NCBI GenBank assembly: GCA_963745835.1
Contig: CAVUZH010000018.1
Coordinates: 256,001-320,000 of the forward strand
Source: an uncultured delta proteobacterium
GTDB lineage: Bacteria > Desulfobacterota > Binatia > UBA9968
DNA: 64,000 bases
Reading direction: 5' to 3'
Positions 51,605 to 61,795 of this stretch are shown piece after piece. Numbering within the stretch: the stretch's first letter is position 1; every line of letters begins with the position of its first letter. Position numbers and translations under genes: made by a program. A model generated the notes under the pieces. It ran no database searches. It worked only from the letters and a program-made list of their open reading frames with translations, and was not told where the DNA came from.

Positions 51605-52591
51605 TTGATTCTTGCCGGTGACATAGGAGGCACCAAAACTCACCTTGCTCTCTACTCCCATCAGAACAACAATCTTAAAGCCGAATTAGAGAAAACATTT
51701 CCAAGTCAGGAGTATTCCGGCCTCGAGCCACTCCTGCAAGAGTTTCTCGCCAGCGGTAAATATCCGATCGGCCGAGCGTCCTTCGGCATTGCCGGTCCGC
51801 TGGTCGACGGCAGAGTGAATCCGCCTAATCTGGACTGGATCGTAGATTCTTTATCGCTGGCGCAGACCTTGAAATTGCCTTCGGTTTCTCTGCTCAACGA
51901 TTTGGAAGCGGCCGCGTACGGCATTTTCACTCTAGCGCCGGAAGAGTTTCTCGTGCTCAACGAAGGGGTCATCAGACGGCCGGGCAATAAGGTTCTCATC
52001 GCCGCGGGTACCGGTTTGGGCGAAACGATAATTTTCGACGACGGCAAGAATTATTATCCCTTGGCTTCAGAGGGCGGGCACGCCGACTTTGCTGCCAGAA
52101 ATGAGCTGGAGATTGAACTGTTACAATACCTGATCGGTCGATTCGGCCGAGTAAGCTACGAACGGGTTGTCTCCGGTCCGGGCCTTGCGAACATCTACGA
52201 TTTCCTTAAAGAGAAGGCCGACGTTCCGGTGCCGGGTCCGTTCGCGGAAAAGATCGCCGCTGCGGAAGATCGCAGTCCTCTCATATCACGAGCGGCTCTG
52301 GCAGGAGAGCCGGAGATCGCTGTTAAGGCACTGGATGTGTTTGTTTCGTCTTACGGCGCAGAAGCCGGCAATCTCGCGCTCAAGGGCAAAGCCATCGGCG
52401 GCGTTTACGTCGGCGGCGGCATTGCACCCAAGATACTGAGTAAGTTGAAGAGCGGAACCTTCATGCAGGCCTTCAACGACAAGGGTCGTTATCGGGATCT
52501 GGTTTCCTCGATTCCGGTTTATGTCATCTTAAACGAAAAGGCCGCGCTGCGTGGCGCCGCATACCATGCCACTTTGGACCGCAGCAGCTGA
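51605..52591 (+). CDS. glk: Glucokinase (alternative start at ATG 51575 inside the MITE)
   Basis: ILAGDIGGTKT, LLNDLEA, GTGLG, SEGGH, ERVVSGPG. Confidence 0.95.
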   Translation: MILAGDIGGTKTHLALYSHQNNNLKAELEKTFPSQEYSGLEPLLQEFLASGKYPIGRASFGIAGPLVDGRVNPPNLDWIVDSLSLAQTLKLPSVSLLNDLEAAAYGIFTLAPEEFLVLNEGVIRRPGNKVLIAAGTGLGETIIFDDGKNYYPLASEGGHADFAARNELEIELLQYLIGRFGRVSYERVVSGPGLANIYDFLKEKADVPVPGPFAEKIAAAEDRSPLISRAALAGEPEIAVKALDVFVSSYGAEAGNLALKGKAIGGVYVGGGIAPKILSKLKSGTFMQAFNDKGRYRDLVSSIPVYVILNEKAALRGAAYHATLDRSS

Positions 52592-52599
52592 GGCATAGC

Positions 52600-53343
52600 A
52601 TGGTCGAGCGCGAGGTCATTGTCTGCCGCGACATCGTCGAACTCAGCCGTCAAAGCGCCGAACGTTTCAGCCAGCTCGCACTTCAATCCGTAGAAGCGGC
52701 AGGACGCATGACGGTGGCGCTTTCCGGCGGCTCGACTCCCAAGCATCTTTATTTACTGCTCGCCTCGCCCGATTATCAGAATCGAATCCCATGGGGAAAC
52801 GTTCACGTATTCTGGGGCGATGAACGTTGCGTTCCACCGGATCATCCCGAGAGCAATTTTCGCATGGCCCAAGAGGCGCTATTGTCGCAAATGGAAATTC
52901 CAGCGGAGAATATTCATCGGATGCGCGGAGAGGGACAACCGCAAATGGCGGCAGCTGAGTATGAGGAAGAACTACAGACATTCTTTAGCCTAAATTCCGG
53001 CGCGCTGCCGCGTTTCGATTTGATCCTTCTCGGAATTGGCGAAGATGGTCACACGGCATCGCTCTTTCCCGGTAGCGAGGCGCTCAATGAAACCAAGCAT
53101 CTGGTTGTCGCTCCGTTTGTCGCAAAGCTTAACTCCCACCGCTTGAGCCTGAGCTTAGCGGTGTTAAATAACGCCGCCGAGGTTTGGTTCTTGGTGACAG
53201 GTGGCAGCAAAGCTGACGCTGTTAAGAAAGTCTTCAGCGGTTCTTCGGATCTTCCTGCGGCAAGAGTTCATCCGGTCAACGGAAATCTTATCTGGTACAT
53301 CACTCAAGATGCGGCACCGGGGACCACAGCGCCCGGCAAGTAG
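52600..53343 (+). CDS. pgl: 6-phosphogluconolactonase
   Basis: ALSGGSTP, WGDERCVP, GEDGHTASLFP. Confidence 0.96.
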   Translation: MVEREVIVCRDIVELSRQSAERFSQLALQSVEAAGRMTVALSGGSTPKHLYLLLASPDYQNRIPWGNVHVFWGDERCVPPDHPESNFRMAQEALLSQMEIPAENIHRMRGEGQPQMAAAEYEEELQTFFSLNSGALPRFDLILLGIGEDGHTASLFPGSEALNETKHLVVAPFVAKLNSHRLSLSLAVLNNAAEVWFLVTGGSKADAVKKVFSGSSDLPAARVHPVNGNLIWYITQDAAPGTTAPGK

Positions 53344-53486
53344 CAAAGTCCAGATCCCGCTTCTAAACCATACTCACGAGTCTCTCGTAGCTTTATTAAA
53401 ATTACGGTGGTATTGCAGCCGAACGCATGTTATCGGTCGGCCTCATGGACTGAGACAAACATCACAAGTCATGCGGGGGGAATTTT

Positions 53487-54485
53487 ATGAGTGGAAAGCT
53501 GTTGGTCGTCCTGACTTTTATCCTTTGCGCAGCAAGTCGGCCTCAAGCACAAACACTTGATGAAGTATACAAGAGGGCTTTGACAGAAGGTGGCACGCTC
53601 AATTTCTATGCGACCTTGGCGCAGGTGAACGCCGCTAGCATTCTTCCCGGCTTCGAGAAGCGTTTTCCAGGCATCAAGGTCAATCACGTTGATGCGACGT
53701 CGGATCAGCTCGCCGCTCGGATCATTGCTGAATCGCGCGGCGGCAAGGTTGTTGCGGACGTTTTTCAGACGCTTCTGGACGGCATGATTCGGGTCCAAAG
53801 CCAGGGCCTGTTCCTCGACAAACTGTATCCTGAGGCCGCTGAATATCCAGCGGAGCTCAAGGGTACAACCTGGGTGGCCACCGATCTGATTTACATTGTG
53901 GCGGCGTGGAATACGACCAAGATCAAGAAGCAGGACGAGCCGAAACAGTTTGACGATTTTGCCGATCCGCGTTGGAAGAATCAACTCATCGCCGAGCCTC
54001 GAGATTTCCAGTTATTGCTCGGTTTGGCGAAGCACAAATACAAAAGCGACGAGAAGGCGGTTGCCTTGCTCAAACGAATCGCCGATAACAACGTCCAGTT
54101 CCACAAAGGCCATTCGCAACTCGCCGAGTTGCTCGTCGCGGGACAAGCCGCGGCCTGCGTTACCTGTTACTCGCATCATTACCCAAGCCGGAAAAAAAAG
54201 GGCGCGCCGGTGGATTACCTGTTGACTGAAGGAACCGGCGACATCGACGCCACCGCGATCATGAAGAATGCCCCGCATCCGAATACGGCTTTGCTTTTTG
54301 CGCGTTGGACCGCCAGCGAAGAGGGTCAAAAGATTTACGCCCAAGGCGGCCGCCTTCCGGCTCATCCAAAAGTCGAACCGGTAGAAAAAACCCGCCCCAC
54401 AAAGGTCTACCCGTTAGGCGAGCAAGATGTCAAAGACTACCCCAAATACGAAAAGATGTGGAAGGAAATTTTTGGGCTGCGGTAA
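53487..54485 (+). CDS. Extracellular solute-binding protein, paralog of 12904-13989
   Basis: Shared DEPKQF.DFADP.WK, LIAEPRDFQLL, FHKGHSQL.ELLVAGQA, CxTCYSHH. Confidence 0.9.
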   Translation: MSGKLLVVLTFILCAASRPQAQTLDEVYKRALTEGGTLNFYATLAQVNAASILPGFEKRFPGIKVNHVDATSDQLAARIIAESRGGKVVADVFQTLLDGMIRVQSQGLFLDKLYPEAAEYPAELKGTTWVATDLIYIVAAWNTTKIKKQDEPKQFDDFADPRWKNQLIAEPRDFQLLLGLAKHKYKSDEKAVALLKRIADNNVQFHKGHSQLAELLVAGQAAACVTCYSHHYPSRKKKGAPVDYLLTEGTGDIDATAIMKNAPHPNTALLFARWTASEEGQKIYAQGGRLPAHPKVEPVEKTRPTKVYPLGEQDVKDYPKYEKMWKEIFGLR

Positions 54486-54514
54486 CTGACGACGGCAAAG
54501 ACGGCTTTATTGCT

Positions 54515-54830
54515 ATGGACCTGAACATCGGCTACGAGTTCGGTGACGCCGGCCAAGCTCAAGCGAATGACTGCCAGACGAGAAATCGCTCAAGGCCGGG
54601 CACCCGCCGAAATGCATATTGAACCGACAAGAAGGCGGTCGAATTATCGTCGAGAGCGAGGCAACGCTCAGCGGCATCCCGACTGGAGCTTGGGATTTAC
54701 CGACTTGGCAATCGCGCAGCGCTCGAATGGATTCTCGACCAGTACAAAGAAAAAGATATCGAACTGCTCATGAGCGTAACAACCGTGAGCCTCAGGACGG
54801 TTGCTCTCGTTGACTTGTTGAAAGTGCGAT
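54515..54830 (+). pseudogene. Remnant of a type ISP restriction-modification C-terminal domain
   Basis: Fragments in several frames: MDLNIGYE, GRIIVESEATLSGIPTGAWD, YRLGNRAALEWILDQYKEK, VTTVSLRTV. Confidence 0.7.
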
Positions 54831-55304
54831 GCGTTAGAGGCAAGGCGAATCGATCAAATCTAATTATTGAACTCATGCAACCTACTTCCCCAGGAGTTTT
54901 GGTCCTTGAATCTGGAAGCTTTATTAAATGGCGTCAAGAGAATGATCTTCCTTTTTTGTTGGAATTTTTCAAAAATGAGCTTCCAAACTCTGCAACTGGA
55001 TGAGAGACCAAGCTGTGACGGACGAAGCGTTTGTACAGGCACCGCACAGGCGAGTGGTTCCTTGGCAAGAACGTGCGGCAGTTTATCAGTTACTTCGAGA
55101 ATGAAGAGCCGAGATTTATTATCTCGGATCAGTTCGATCCGCATTCTTCTTCCATTGCAAGCCAACAGAACATAAGGACACTCTTATTCAAACCCTACTT
55201 GGCTTGGGGTGCGAGTGTCTTATCACTTTTATAAATCCTTGCTTGTGGCGGTGCTGTTGCTCTATTAGCAGAGCGGCTCGCAATTAAACCGATCGGAGAT
55301 CTGG

Positions 55305-56015
55305 ATGAAGCTCACCGGACTGATATCGCCCAATTTCAGCGAGGATACTCTAGAAGATGTTTACAAAGTCTTCCCGCCCGGGATACGTATCGAAGGGAGG
55401 ACATTAAAAGTCGAAAAATACACCGATGACGAGTTTCGCCGAGCCGAGCTGATGCTCGCCGATCTGGTGCGCGATTTGGCGCGCCATCCGCTCGACTTTC
55501 TCATGATCACGGGAGAATTGTTTTTATCCTACAAAGGGCCGGGATCGGATCTGGACATTCTCGAACTGGTCAAGACCATCACTGCGGTTCCCGCCTCCAC
55601 GGTGCTGACCGCGGTGGTACGCGGCTGCCACGCGCTTGAACTCAAGCGCATCGTCATGGCTTCGCCGTTTCCCGAAGATCAGGATGAGCGCCTGGTAAAA
55701 TTTCTTGCCCACTACGACATCGAGGTCGTCGCGTTTCGCGGCCTCGGCTGCCCCAATGCAGACGTGATCTGGGAGTTGCCGCCGGCGAGCGGATACGAGT
55801 TGGCGGCCTCGCTGTTGAGCGAATATCCGGACGTGGACGGCATCTATATGCCGTGCAACAAGTGGCGCATTGTCTCGGTCATCGAGCGCATCGAAAACGA
55901 TCATGGCAAGCCGGTGGTGAGCAACACCCAGGCGTGGGTTTGGGAGGCGCTGCGGCTGATGAATATGGCGAGGCCCATACCCGGTTACGGGCGACTCCTG
56001 AGCGAATTGGAGTGA
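55305..56015 (+). CDS. Maleate isomerase/arylmalonate decarboxylase family protein
   Basis: DVDGIYMPCNK, IENDHGKPVVSNTQA, PGYGRLL. Confidence 0.85.
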   Translation: MKLTGLISPNFSEDTLEDVYKVFPPGIRIEGRTLKVEKYTDDEFRRAELMLADLVRDLARHPLDFLMITGELFLSYKGPGSDLDILELVKTITAVPASTVLTAVVRGCHALELKRIVMASPFPEDQDERLVKFLAHYDIEVVAFRGLGCPNADVIWELPPASGYELAASLLSEYPDVDGIYMPCNKWRIVSVIERIENDHGKPVVSNTQAWVWEALRLMNMARPIPGYGRLLSELE

Positions 56016-56206
56016 TCGAGCCGGGCGGCAAAAGACTGCCAGAGCCAGGAGAACCGTTGCCACTCGCCAGGCTGGTTCCGCCCGGAGATCGATTCGAACC
56101 TCGGGTGGCATAGGTTCGTGCCTGATTACTGACGAATTCTTCTGTCCGATTCGATCGCCGTTTACCATTGACAATCCTGGACAGACTGGACTAAGCTTAG
56201 TCCATC

Positions 56207-56446
56207 ATGACAAAAGTTAATATTCATCAGGCCAAGACACAGTTTTCCCGGCTCGTCGATCTGGCTGCGAGCGGAGAGGAAATCATCATTGCCAAGTCGG
56301 GACAACCGGTTGCCCGGTTGGTTCCCTACAGGGCCAAAGGCGCCGCGCGCAAGCCGGGAACCATGCGAGGTAAAATTCGCATCAAAAAAACATTTGACGA
56401 GCCGCTGCCGAAAGAGCTGCTGGCTTCGTTCGCAGGGAAGTTGTAA
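56207..56446 (+). CDS. Phd/YefM antitoxin
   Basis: VNIHQAKTQFSRLV, GEEIIIAKSGQPVARL. Confidence 0.93.
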   Translation: MTKVNIHQAKTQFSRLVDLAASGEEIIIAKSGQPVARLVPYRAKGAARKPGTMRGKIRIKKTFDEPLPKELLASFAGKL

Positions 56447-56449
56447 GGA

Positions 56450-56845
56450 GTGCGGCTGCTCCTCGATACCCACGTCCTTCTTTGGTGGCTTTCGGATGAC
56501 CGTAAACTAGCGAAGAACGCGCGCGATATCATTGCCAACCCCGACAATGACGTGCTCGTGAGTTCGGCATCGGCTTGGGAAGTATCGATCAAGGCAGCAT
56601 TAGGGCGTCTCGAGATTGAGTTGGATAACCTGGAAAATGCGATCGTAAGAAACGGCTTTCGGCCGCTGCCGATCGGGATACAACACGCTTTGACGGCCGG
56701 TCGTCTGCCGAACCTACATCGAGATCCGTTCGATCGCATGCTCGTGGCCCAAGCCAGTGTCGAGGAACTGCGACTCGTGTCTCACGACCGAGTGTTCGAG
56801 CGTTACGGCCTCGCCGCAGAAGGATTGCCGCCGATCATCGTTTGA
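56450..56845 (+). CDS. vapC: VapC PIN-domain toxin
   Basis: LLLDTHVLLW, SAWEVSIK, HRDPFDRMLVAQA. Confidence 0.93.
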   Translation: MRLLLDTHVLLWWLSDDRKLAKNARDIIANPDNDVLVSSASAWEVSIKAALGRLEIELDNLENAIVRNGFRPLPIGIQHALTAGRLPNLHRDPFDRMLVAQASVEELRLVSHDRVFERYGLAAEGLPPIIV

Positions 56846-56974
56846 GTGTGCAGCTGATCGTATAGGCACTTTCCGGCAAGCAGCGTTTTGCGGTGCCGAA
56901 CCTATCCTTAATAGCCCTCGCCTTTTCTCCCGCGGTGATGGCAGCCAATTTATTTCGGCGCTACATTGTATTCC

Positions 56975-57184
56975 ATGCCTGGCAAATGCCCACAGTGCGG
57001 CTCGAAGACTTATTTGGGCCGAACAATGATCCACAAAGATTCGATGGAAATCCAAAATATCCCGTGCACGATATGCCATGAATGTGGATATGAGCAGATC
57101 GGCCAGCAAGCTCAGAAAAAAATCGACAAGCTTCTCGAACGCGCCGCCAAAGGAAAACTGAAGTCCCGCTTCGTTGTAATATAG
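56975..57184 (+). CDS. YgiT-type zinc finger protein
   Basis: CPQCG ... NIPCTICHECG. Confidence 0.8.
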   Translation: MPGKCPQCGSKTYLGRTMIHKDSMEIQNIPCTICHECGYEQIGQQAQKKIDKLLERAAKGKLKSRFVVI

Positions 57185-57202
57185 GGGGAAGTCGTAGAGA
57201 TC

Positions 57203-58573
57203 TTATTTCGGACACTTTAGTCCGGCAAAGTTGTCGCCAAAATCTTTACAGATCGCTGCAAGTGTCTCCTTGTCTTCTTTTATCAACATCTCAGCAGCAT
57301 TAAACAATGCCTCTTGTGCTTCAGCGGCGCCTAAGCCATGAGGCGCCAGCAAGGTGTAGCGCGTCGGAATATTATTAACAATCGCGGCAATTGTCCCTGC
57401 ATTCGGCAAGTGTGTTAAATGCTGCAGCCTTTGAAACGTGATCAGCCAGGCGTGACACTCAACGTCCTTTAGTTTTGGATGTTTCTTTATTTCTGGATCA
57501 TCTGCTTCAGCGAAGAGACGGAACGTTTGATATACATCAGGCGCTTTGTTTCCAGCGGGTCTGATTCCCATCTCCTCCAAGAGGATATCCCTTCGTAACG
57601 CGAGCAGCACACTGCTTGCCTCCAAAGCATTGGTATCGATGACAAAGTCGGTGATAGCTTTTCGTGTATCGGAGACTTCACGGGATAAATTCCACCCTTC
57701 CGTATAAGCATCGACTATCAGGACCAGACATTTCTTAGGGTGTTCGGTTTCAGGTTCTAGATACAGATCTCGGGCGATTTTGCGGAGGCTGTTGATGCCC
57801 AAGTTATCTGAAGGGCCGCCGTCGAATAGATGGACGTATTGCTTTGGTTGCGTATAGTCACGAAGCGTAACATTGTGAAAGGCTCCCGGAAATGCGCCGG
57901 ATGCCATCACAGCTCTCGAGACTGCGTAATTATCGAGCCCGGATCCAATCTTGTTGAAAGCCTCGTCGGTGAAAAGAAATAACGCTCCATTCTCGGTTAA
58001 CGAAGTGGCGTTTATAAGGATTTTCGGGGTGGCCTTGGGCATCTGCCCGAATGTCTTGTCTTCGAATAGATTATGGTCGAAAACGTCAGCCATGATGTCG
58101 CTGCGGTCAAACCCGGTAAACCAGTAACGTCCTATGTTCCATGGTAGAAACCATCTCCCAAACCACTCGAGCTCGAAATTCTTCACCAATCGTTTACGAA
58201 CTTGTTGTGGATTCCAATGATGAATCTTTTCTTCGCTGAAGAGGCCGTAGTAGGCCGCGGTCAACGAACTGCCTGAGACGGACGAAAGAGCAGTCGCTTG
58301 CTGCAGTATTCCTAAACTCTCGAGTTGGAGCAGTGCAGCGGCAGAAAAATTTGCAGCGCGACTTCCGCCGCCGGACATAGCAATTCCTATAAAGGTGCCA
58401 TTCTTCAAATCTGACGACGAAATTTTGGTTGTGGCTCTTGTCGGACTAGGAGAGGTTAGCACAGGGCCTTCGTTTGCGTGTGTTCCATATTCGACAATGG
58501 CACACCCGGAAACAGATGCGAGATGGAAAGCCGCCAGCAGCATTATTAGTCCCGTATGTATCGTTTGGACCAT
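57203..58573 (-). CDS. Patatin-like phospholipase, lipoprotein
   Basis: SGGGSRAA, SSVSGSS, MASGAFP, DGG; VSGC lipobox. Confidence 0.88.
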   Translation of the reverse strand: MVQTIHTGLIMLLAAFHLASVSGCAIVEYGTHANEGPVLTSPSPTRATTKISSSDLKNGTFIGIAMSGGGSRAANFSAAALLQLESLGILQQATALSSVSGSSLTAAYYGLFSEEKIHHWNPQQVRKRLVKNFELEWFGRWFLPWNIGRYWFTGFDRSDIMADVFDHNLFEDKTFGQMPKATPKILINATSLTENGALFLFTDEAFNKIGSGLDNYAVSRAVMASGAFPGAFHNVTLRDYTQPKQYVHLFDGGPSDNLGINSLRKIARDLYLEPETEHPKKCLVLIVDAYTEGWNLSREVSDTRKAITDFVIDTNALEASSVLLALRRDILLEEMGIRPAGNKAPDVYQTFRLFAEADDPEIKKHPKLKDVECHAWLITFQRLQHLTHLPNAGTIAAIVNNIPTRYTLLAPHGLGAAEAQEALFNAAEMLIKEDKETLAAICKDFGDNFAGLKCPK

Positions 58574-58881
58574 AACCGTCCTCCGTTCTGGAATACATTA
58601 CTCGGAGCTTGAGCGGCATCTTGCAGACGCCGCGTTATAGTGACATTCAGGTAAAGCCTTTGGGTCTTTTGGAGATATTGAATGCTAGATTTGAATTTCG
58701 TATTTACGCCACGAGCTGTCCGTGCGGCATGAGCTGTTCAGAGACCTGATATAAAGCAGACTGCAGATAGCGGTCAAGAAAAAAATCGAGCGCGAGCAGA
58801 TGCAACAAGACAACGGCGAGAGTTTCACGCTAAAACTTTATTCCTAAGCTCGTTTACTTGCGCGCCGCGAGGCTCTCAGAA

Positions 58882-59973
58882 TCACTGTGGGCATGAAGCT
58901 TTCGAGTAGCTGTCAGGAAAAAAAATGCACTGACCTGTTTTTGGCTCATAGATCGAATATCCGTAGTTGTTCGAAGTATCAAAAAGCTTGAGCCGTTCTA
59001 TAAAGCGATCATAGTTCGCGAATGGTAAGAACCTCATGCCGTTATTGGGATCTTCTCCCGGTGTGTAAGGTGACCCGAAGTCATCATAATGACTGAGCAC
59101 GATATTCTCAGGTCTTAAAAGCCGGAGAAGAGTGTCCGGATAATCATCTACTTTGTCCCATCCCGGAACGCATAAGATTGCAACGTTGATTCGATGCTCA
59201 TTGAGGAGACTTTGATGATTGCGCAGTGCTTCAGCTCCTGCGGCGCTATTTGCAGCACCGTTGATAAAAATCCGCCAAACCACTCTCTTCTGATCATCCA
59301 AGAAGTCAATCAAGAAAACCAAGGTTTGTCCTTCCAAATATTGGCCCACCCGGGAAGGGATCGATGTCATGGGGCTAACTACATCACCAGCCATGAACGT
59401 ATGGCCGAAAAAATGTGGGGCGTGGTCGCTGGGTAACGCAGTCACTCTAACTCTGCCCTTTATCATCGAACGCCTTTGTTCGGCTATGACGAAATCCAGA
59501 GCGGAAGGTTTGAAGCCCAGCAGAATGTTTCGCGCAGTTAGACTGCCGACATAGGTGATACTTCTCCCGGAGTTCTGGTTGATGTAATACGGAACATCGA
59601 GCAAATGGTCGTAGTGCGCGTGGGTCAAAAGAACAAACTTGGTGTCTTTGGGTAGCTCCGGAAGCACAGCCCTTATTCTTTCCGGATCATAGGCGAAGTT
59701 ACTCGGGAGAAACGGCAACATCAGAGAAGCAGTCACACGTCCGAAGGAAGGACGCGTAAAGAAAGGGTCCACGATCACCAGATCATTGCCACTGGAGAGA
59801 ATCCAGGAAGATGTTCCGAGCCACTGAATATAGCGGTCCGTTCTTGTCGGTGACGGCTCAGCAGCCAAAACCGGCGAAGGAAGAGGCGAAACCGTAGCGG
59901 CGCAAGCGCTCAGGATCATCGCGTACGCCATTAGCCAAAAAGACAGGCGCTTCAATTTATTTCGGTTGCGCAT
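58882..59973 (-). CDS. Metallo-beta-lactamase-fold hydrolase, lipoprotein
   Basis: LSAC lipobox, VDPFFTRP, THAHYDH, SHYDDF. Confidence 0.88.
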   Translation of the reverse strand: MRNRNKLKRLSFWLMAYAMILSACAATVSPLPSPVLAAEPSPTRTDRYIQWLGTSSWILSSGNDLVIVDPFFTRPSFGRVTASLMLPFLPSNFAYDPERIRAVLPELPKDTKFVLLTHAHYDHLLDVPYYINQNSGRSITYVGSLTARNILLGFKPSALDFVIAEQRRSMIKGRVRVTALPSDHAPHFFGHTFMAGDVVSPMTSIPSRVGQYLEGQTLVFLIDFLDDQKRVVWRIFINGAANSAAGAEALRNHQSLLNEHRINVAILCVPGWDKVDDYPDTLLRLLRPENIVLSHYDDFGSPYTPGEDPNNGMRFLPFANYDRFIERLKLFDTSNNYGYSIYEPKTGQCIFFPDSYSKASCPQ

Positions 59974-60047
59974 GCCGCGGGCGTAAGACTATTCAAAGTT
60001 GGAACGGTAAGCTGGGTAACTCATGAGCGTTGCCAGTGTCGAGCTGT

Positions 60048-60902
60048 CTAATTCGAGTGGCGGCCAATGAATCCTAGAACAGCGCCATTGAAGAAATTGG
60101 GTCGTTCCCAGTAGATCGAATGGCCGCATTCCGCCGCGATCACGACCTCGTTGTCCGGAACGTGCCGCGCTATCATCCGGGTGATTGCAGGCGGCGTGAA
60201 CATGTCGGCTGCGCCGGTCATCAGCAAGGTCGGCACTTTCAACGTCTGCAACTTCTCCGGCGTGACGACGTTGCAAAGCTTTTGGCGGGCGCCCCTACCG
60301 AGCTCGGACTGATGATTTAGCTCGATCCATTTGGCAACGCCTCCAGGATTTGTCGCGCGATATGAAGGCCCGAGTTCGCGAAACCAGCGCGGCAACGCAT
60401 CCCACTCTGGTAGCTTGATCCTAGCCGCGGCTTCGGCGATGTAACCGTTGGCGGCGGCCAGGTTGTTGCTCGAGACAGTGAGGCTCAGCAGCCGTTCCGG
60501 ATGAGACAAAGCATAATCCGCGGCAACACTGCCCCCGGCAGCCGAGCTCACCGCATGGAACTTTTTTAGGCCCAGGAATTCGATGAAGTTGTGCAGGTCT
60601 TCCGATCCTGTCCCCGGATTCTCGTCCGGCGCCGAATCGGAGTTATGATAGTTGCGGCGCGAATAAGCGATTACGCGATAGCCGGCGCTGGAGAATACCG
60701 GTTGCTGATACAACCAGATCAGCGCGCTGCCCGATGCCGGATGCAGGAACACGACCGGCTCTCCGGCGCCGCCGGTGTCCCAATAGCCCAGATGAGTGCC
60801 GGGAAGCTCTGCTATTCCGTCCTTTGCCGGAGCTTGTTCCGGTATCGGCACGGGAACCATCGGGTCGTCCAACTCAGTGGACGGAATGCTCTCGTTCATC
60901 AT
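60048..60902 (-). CDS. Alpha/beta hydrolase (atypical nucleophile elbow)
   Basis: VFLHPASGS, SSAAGG, GAADM, CGHSIYWE. Confidence 0.87.
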   Translation of the reverse strand: MMNESIPSTELDDPMVPVPIPEQAPAKDGIAELPGTHLGYWDTGGAGEPVVFLHPASGSALIWLYQQPVFSSAGYRVIAYSRRNYHNSDSAPDENPGTGSEDLHNFIEFLGLKKFHAVSSAAGGSVAADYALSHPERLLSLTVSSNNLAAANGYIAEAAARIKLPEWDALPRWFRELGPSYRATNPGGVAKWIELNHQSELGRGARQKLCNVVTPEKLQTLKVPTLLMTGAADMFTPPAITRMIARHVPDNEVVIAAECGHSIYWERPNFFNGAVLGFIGRHSN

Positions 60903-61258
60903 GTTCGTTCTACGTATTCTATAACATTGGCTGGCATTCGAGATTCAAAATTTTTAATTTCAGCGGATTGCCGTCTTGTGACACTTTTTAAACCTTGTAG
61001 AGTATGTCATCCGGTGCCGCGACTTATCAATGAACCCTTTGAGTTCAGGTCCCCCTGTATAGACTCGTGTCTCGGCTCTAGTCACAGTATTCGACAGGCG
61101 GTCGAGTATTCGATGTCAGGGAGCGGCCGGAGCGATCGATCAGCAATCAATCGGTCATAAGTCCGAATAAAAAATAAAACTTGAGCTCAAGGGCTGCGGG
61201 CGCTAAGCTTCCCTGGCCTTATCTACTGAAGTGCTGTCTATCCGCAAAGGAGAAAGTT

Positions 61259-61795
61259 ATGAATCCTATGTTCATTGTCGCAATTCCCATAGTTTTAGTG
61301 GTCATTGGCATGGTGCTCAATAGCACCGGACTTTCATTCGATCAGCCGCCAAGCTCATCGGAGCAAGATCCTGCAAAGAGAAGCGCCGCGGAAGCAGATG
61401 CTTACCGCCGTTTCTTCGATCTACAGAGAAAGCAAGCTGTGAAAAGGCAGGCGAGGGTCGGCCAGTATGCCTGGCTGCTCATGGCCGCGATCATCGGTTC
61501 CTTCATCTGGCTGTACATGTATACGGTCAATAAAACCAGCTTAGCCACACAGATCGGCGCGGTTCAAACCCTACCGACCGAAGACGGCAAAGAGGCGGTT
61601 CTTTCCATTACGTTGAAGGACGGGAGCAACGTCAAATATCTGATCAAAGCACCGACAGCCGAAATGTTGGCCAGCAAGAAAGACGGAACTTCGAAAGAGA
61701 AAGTCTCATCCTACGAAATGTCGCAACTGCGCTCCGCTTTTAACGTTGGCGAAAGCCCATTATTACCCGGCATCGCAGTGAAGGTTGCCGACTGA
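61259..61795 (+). CDS. Hypothetical two-TM protein
   Basis: AAGGAG RBS, clean ORF with two hydrophobic segments. Confidence 0.7.
   Translation: MNPMFIVAIPIVLVVIGMVLNSTGLSFDQPPSSSEQDPAKRSAAEADAYRRFFDLQRKQAVKRQARVGQYAWLLMAAIIGSFIWLYMYTVNKTSLATQIGAVQTLPTEDGKEAVLSITLKDGSNVKYLIKAPTAEMLASKKDGTSKEKVSSYEMSQLRSAFNVGESPLLPGIAVKVAD

Noticed and set aside
56040-56060. GAGCCAGGAGAACC resembling a B12-box
   Set aside because: Isolated match without the upstream aptamer elements
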